Shown here: positions 60,880-64,000 of the stretch, piece by piece
Layout of the letters: each line of letters begins with the position of its first letter
How positions within the stretch are numbered: the first letter of the stretch is position 1
Source of the DNA: Amoebophrya sp. A120
Taxonomy: Eukaryota; Protista; Dinoflagellata
NCBI GenBank assembly: GCA_905178155.1
Contig: CAJINV010000017.1
Span: forward strand, 860,722-924,721
Length of the DNA: 64,000 nt
Direction: 5' to 3'
Translations under genes and position numbers: made by a program
The notes under the pieces: model-generated
What the model was told of the DNA's origin: nothing
Seen by the model: the letters and a program-made list of their open reading frames with translations, nothing else
Databases searched by the model: none

Positions 60880-60966
60880 TGGTTGTCAATACGCCAGAAC
60901 GACAAGCCGCGGGGCCGCGCGTTGTCGTTCTGGCGTATAGTTGTCGTTCTGGCGTATTGACAACCA
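60880..60966. repeat. 26-bp perfect inverted repeat with an extra inner right arm
   Basis: tggttgtcaatacgccagaacgacaa (60880-60905) pairs with 60941-60966; a 17-bp alternative arm lies at 60922-60938. Confidence 0.92.
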
Positions 60967-61210
60967 GCACAAGTCAAGCGGCCTTCCTAACCAACATGGA
61001 CACCATTGACAGCCCAACAGGGCTGCTGCCCGTAATTCTTGCACAGGCCCCCCGCCCGCGCAGGCCGCCCCTGCCGATCACCTCGGCACGCGCGGGCAGC
61101 ATTTCCACGGCGGCGGCCGCAGGCAGCGTTTCCAACTCTGTACGCGCTGTCCCACGTCACCATCGCCGGGTGTTCAGGCGTTATTCGCGGGCCTTTGCGT
61201 ACGTCTCCCC

Positions 61211-61405
61211 TGCTCCAGCCGCCGCGTATTTGCGGTTGACCCCACGCAGAGGCCTAGGTGGCGCCACTGGTTACTCCAGCCGCGTTGTTGCGGTTGACCC
61301 CGCGCAGAGGCCCAGGCGGCACCACTGGTTGCTCCAGCCGCGTATTTGCGGTTGACCCCGCAGCCGCACAGAGGCCTAGGCGGCGCAACTGGTTGCTCCA
61401 GCCGC
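61211..61405. repeat. ~60-bp GC-rich minisatellite (about 3.2 units)
   Basis: ctccagccgcg..ttgcggttgacccc..cagaggcc.agg.ggc.c.actggtt repeated. Confidence 0.88.
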
Positions 61406-61559
61406 ATGGGACCCATGAATGTGCTGGCACTTGGAAGGGCAGGGGCGCGCCCATTACCAAGGCGAACAGCGAGGGCCCCCTACCTGCGGCAGCGGGGGTG
61501 GCTGCGGGGCGGGGCCCCGCTGCGTTTGTTTCCCCTGCTGCGGGCGTGGAGCGATGTAC

Positions 61560-61940
61560 GCGACAGGAACCCTTGCGGGTGGGAGAGGAAGGCGGGGGGC
61601 CCCCTGGAGCAGCAGGCGCGGCGTAGGCGACAGGAACCCTTGCGGGCGGAAGAGGAAGGCGGGGGACCCCCTGGAACGCCAGGAGTGAGGGGCGGGGGCA
61701 CCCTGCGGGCAGGAGAGAAAGGCGGGGATCCCCCTTAGGCGCCAAAGGTGGAGGACGGGGGCCCCCTGCGCGCGGGCGATATTTACCGCGGAGAAGGACG
61801 GGGGCCCCCTGTGACCCCAGGCGGGCGGCCCGGGAGGGGAGCGGGGGCCCCCTGCGGAGGCGGAAGGGCGGGGGCCCCCTGCGGAGGCGGGATACGCAGC
61901 GGGCGGGAGGGCGGGGGACGGGGACCCCCCGCTTTCCCCG
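61560..61940 (+). repeat. G-rich tandem repeats
   Basis: gcgacaggaacccttgcggg..agaggaaggcggggg x2-3 and gcgggggccccctgcggaggcgg x2; many G3+ runs. Confidence 0.8.
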
Positions 61941-63609
61941 ATGGTATGCTTGACGTAAAAACAGCAACCTTCGCCGTTAGGTCGTGCTTACAAATCTAGG
62001 CCTCAGCGCGTGCCGGTCTCTCTTCTAAATGTGTCAAATCTTCTTGTTACGCATCGAGCTTTTTGGTCTTCTTCGTTCCGTCAGCAGAGATAGCGTCGCT
62101 CCATGACCACGATGCTATCCGAATGTCCAGATAATGCTAGTATTCAGTGAAACACCACCCAGCGTAGTTTCTATCGTGCAGATTGTATGACTTTCACGAG
62201 ATAAGCATGAATTTGAATTCTTTGGAACACGACAAGATTCGGGGATATTCTGCTTGTAAGGATTGCAAAAAAGACCAGCAAATAATTGAGCACAGGCAAG
62301 ACCGCGCTGCATGAAAATGAGTGAAGATTTCACCTCCTTGTCCTTGACCGCGCGGGTGCAAGAGGACTGCTCTGGCTTGATCTCCTGTGCTACCTGTGTT
62401 GCAAATATGAATGCTTGGTGGAGGTATAATTTGCGAATTATCGTCGTGATGATCGTCGTCTTTAGTAAGTTGCTACATACACGGCTGGAGTTCTCTTTCG
62501 TTGCTGACAAAAAGGAAGTATCATGTATGTCCGAGTCCGGGTGAGCAAGCGCAAGCGCATGCGGACATCAGCCTGTCGCGACATGGGATAATCCAGGACT
62601 CGTAACATCTCCATCGTGCGACTATGTTTGTATGATTAAGACTATCATCATGATTTTGTTTTTGATCTCCATCATGAAAAGTGCTTCGGTCATCTGCTGC
62701 AATGTCACTGGAAAGTATGAGAGCCAGCAACATAGAAGTAGCGGAAGTTGTCTTCAGAAGGAATCCTCATTATTACTTACTTGTATGTCGGTGAAAAATA
62801 ATCTGAGACTATTCGCTGTGAGTCGGTTCGTTTTTTTTTCGTTGCGCTACAAGAAACCGACCTAGCTAGAAACAACCCTCGTCCTTGCGTTTGATTTTCG
62901 TACAACAAGAAAAGCAGTTACAGTTGAACACGTGCATACCATCAAAACAAGTCGAGACACGACAGAGGTGTACTTTTATGCGACCAACCTCGTGCGGCAC
63001 CACTGACGAATCGTACGTTCTTGAGCCCACCGCTCTCTTCTTATACATAGCCAAGAAACAGCTCGAGGTGGATGATAGTACATGTGTAAATCTAGTACGA
63101 CCAACAACATGATGTCACAATTACAGGAGGAGTCCTATCGGTTGATTCGTTCCATGCAAGGACCAAGCATCTGAATCTGTATCTGACGGAAAGAGCATTC
63201 GAATAACATGAATTTCATCGGTCGACGACGCAGAAAACAACAAAGCATGATGGTTCGCAAGAGCTTTATCCAGCAGTGAAAATGTTTTAGAAAGCCATGA
63301 GCTTCATTAGCATTCACAATCTCAACACAACAGGACTCTTGTGGTCCCCGTTATTTCTAGAAAATTTCTTCCCCTTTTATTGAGGTGAGAGATTTTTAGA
63401 ATAGCGAACTTTTTTCAACAACTTTTTTTTCTGCTTTTTGTAGTACAAAAAGACAAAACATTACGAGTAAACAGACACTACTTGGAGTTTCTCCTCTTTA
63501 AAAATCTACAGTAAGTACAAGTCGGAAGTTTCCCGATTCAAAAAAATAGTTTGGCACGGCGGCCCCGCGACCTCGTACATTTTTTTTGGTCAACTTGTCG
63601 TAAAAAAAG

Positions 63610-64000
63610 ATGTCGCCGCCATCGAAGCTTAAGGTGAAGGCATACACCTACGAGGAGATCGCGAAGCACAACAGGGAAAATGATTGCTGGGTGGTGATCA
63701 ACGGGAATGTGTGCGATATGACCCAATGGCTCCCGGAGAATGAAGAGGACAGAAAGATTTGCTTGGCGGGAGCGGGTATTGACTTTCATACGGAACAAGA
63801 ACTATTTTGTGGCAGGATTTTCATTTTTTGCAACGATCTGTGGAACAGCGGTTCATTGAAGATATTGCTGCAAATGCAAACTAAGGCTAAGCAAATTTAT
63901 TATTTCGGAATCAACAACAATTTTGATTTTCTATTCCCAGTTTGAATTTAGAAGTAGCGAAGAAAAACCGAAATCACCACCAGGTACCGACATCTCCGAG
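63610..64000 (+). CDS. Cytochrome b5 domain protein, first exon (gene runs out of the window)
   Basis: YTYEEIAKHNRENDCWVVINGNVCDMTQWLPE; similarity stops just before the expected HPGG, implying an intron near 63738. Confidence 0.8.

Noticed and set aside
47165-61405. CRISPR array in the tandem repeats
   Set aside because: Units are adjacent without unique spacers, no cas genes are present, and the context is eukaryotic.
60006-61999. ORFs in the GC-rich island
   Set aside because: Arg/Ala/Pro/Gly-rich frames are open on both strands because stops are scarce in repeats.
1-64000. Autonomous transposase for the introners; dinoflagellate spliced-leader relics; tRNA/rRNA genes
   Set aside because: No DDE, RT or HUH motif was recognisable; only short gctcaag matches to the leader were seen; no RNA gene pattern was found by eye.

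Overview
Eukaryotic genomic DNA, not prokaryotic. By intron style and gene content it is probably from a syndinian dinoflagellate of the Amoebophrya type (inference). About ten protein genes can be read, all on the + strand, and most are split by two kinds of intron. One kind is ordinary GT-AG. The other is about 34 non-canonical, 120-370 nt MITE-like 'introner' elements with terminal inverted repeats (TIRs), TA...TA ends and a 5-nt flanking direct repeat (DR). In the genes I could reconstruct, removing an element plus 5 nt restores the reading frame. Mismatched repeats inside conserved protein motifs place the junction after DR position 4, so these introns read N-T-A...T-A-N-N-N-N. Recognisable genes are: (1) a 939-aa fusion of an Osm1/Fcc-type FAD fumarate reductase, cytochrome b5 and a diheme SdhC/FrdC (b558-type) membrane anchor (52456-58617); (2) a degenerate CDP-alcohol phosphotransferase domain fused to an HxGH cytidylyltransferase (19601-23769); (3) an intronless BUD13/CWC26 (48873-50822); (4) an EGF/Cys-rich membrane protein; (5) three tandem paralogues of an unknown polytopic membrane protein; (6) the start of a cytochrome b5 gene. 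There are also GC-rich repeat islands, a perfect 48-bp palindrome and a two-state hairpin. All gene models were assembled by hand from sequence, with no transcript data.
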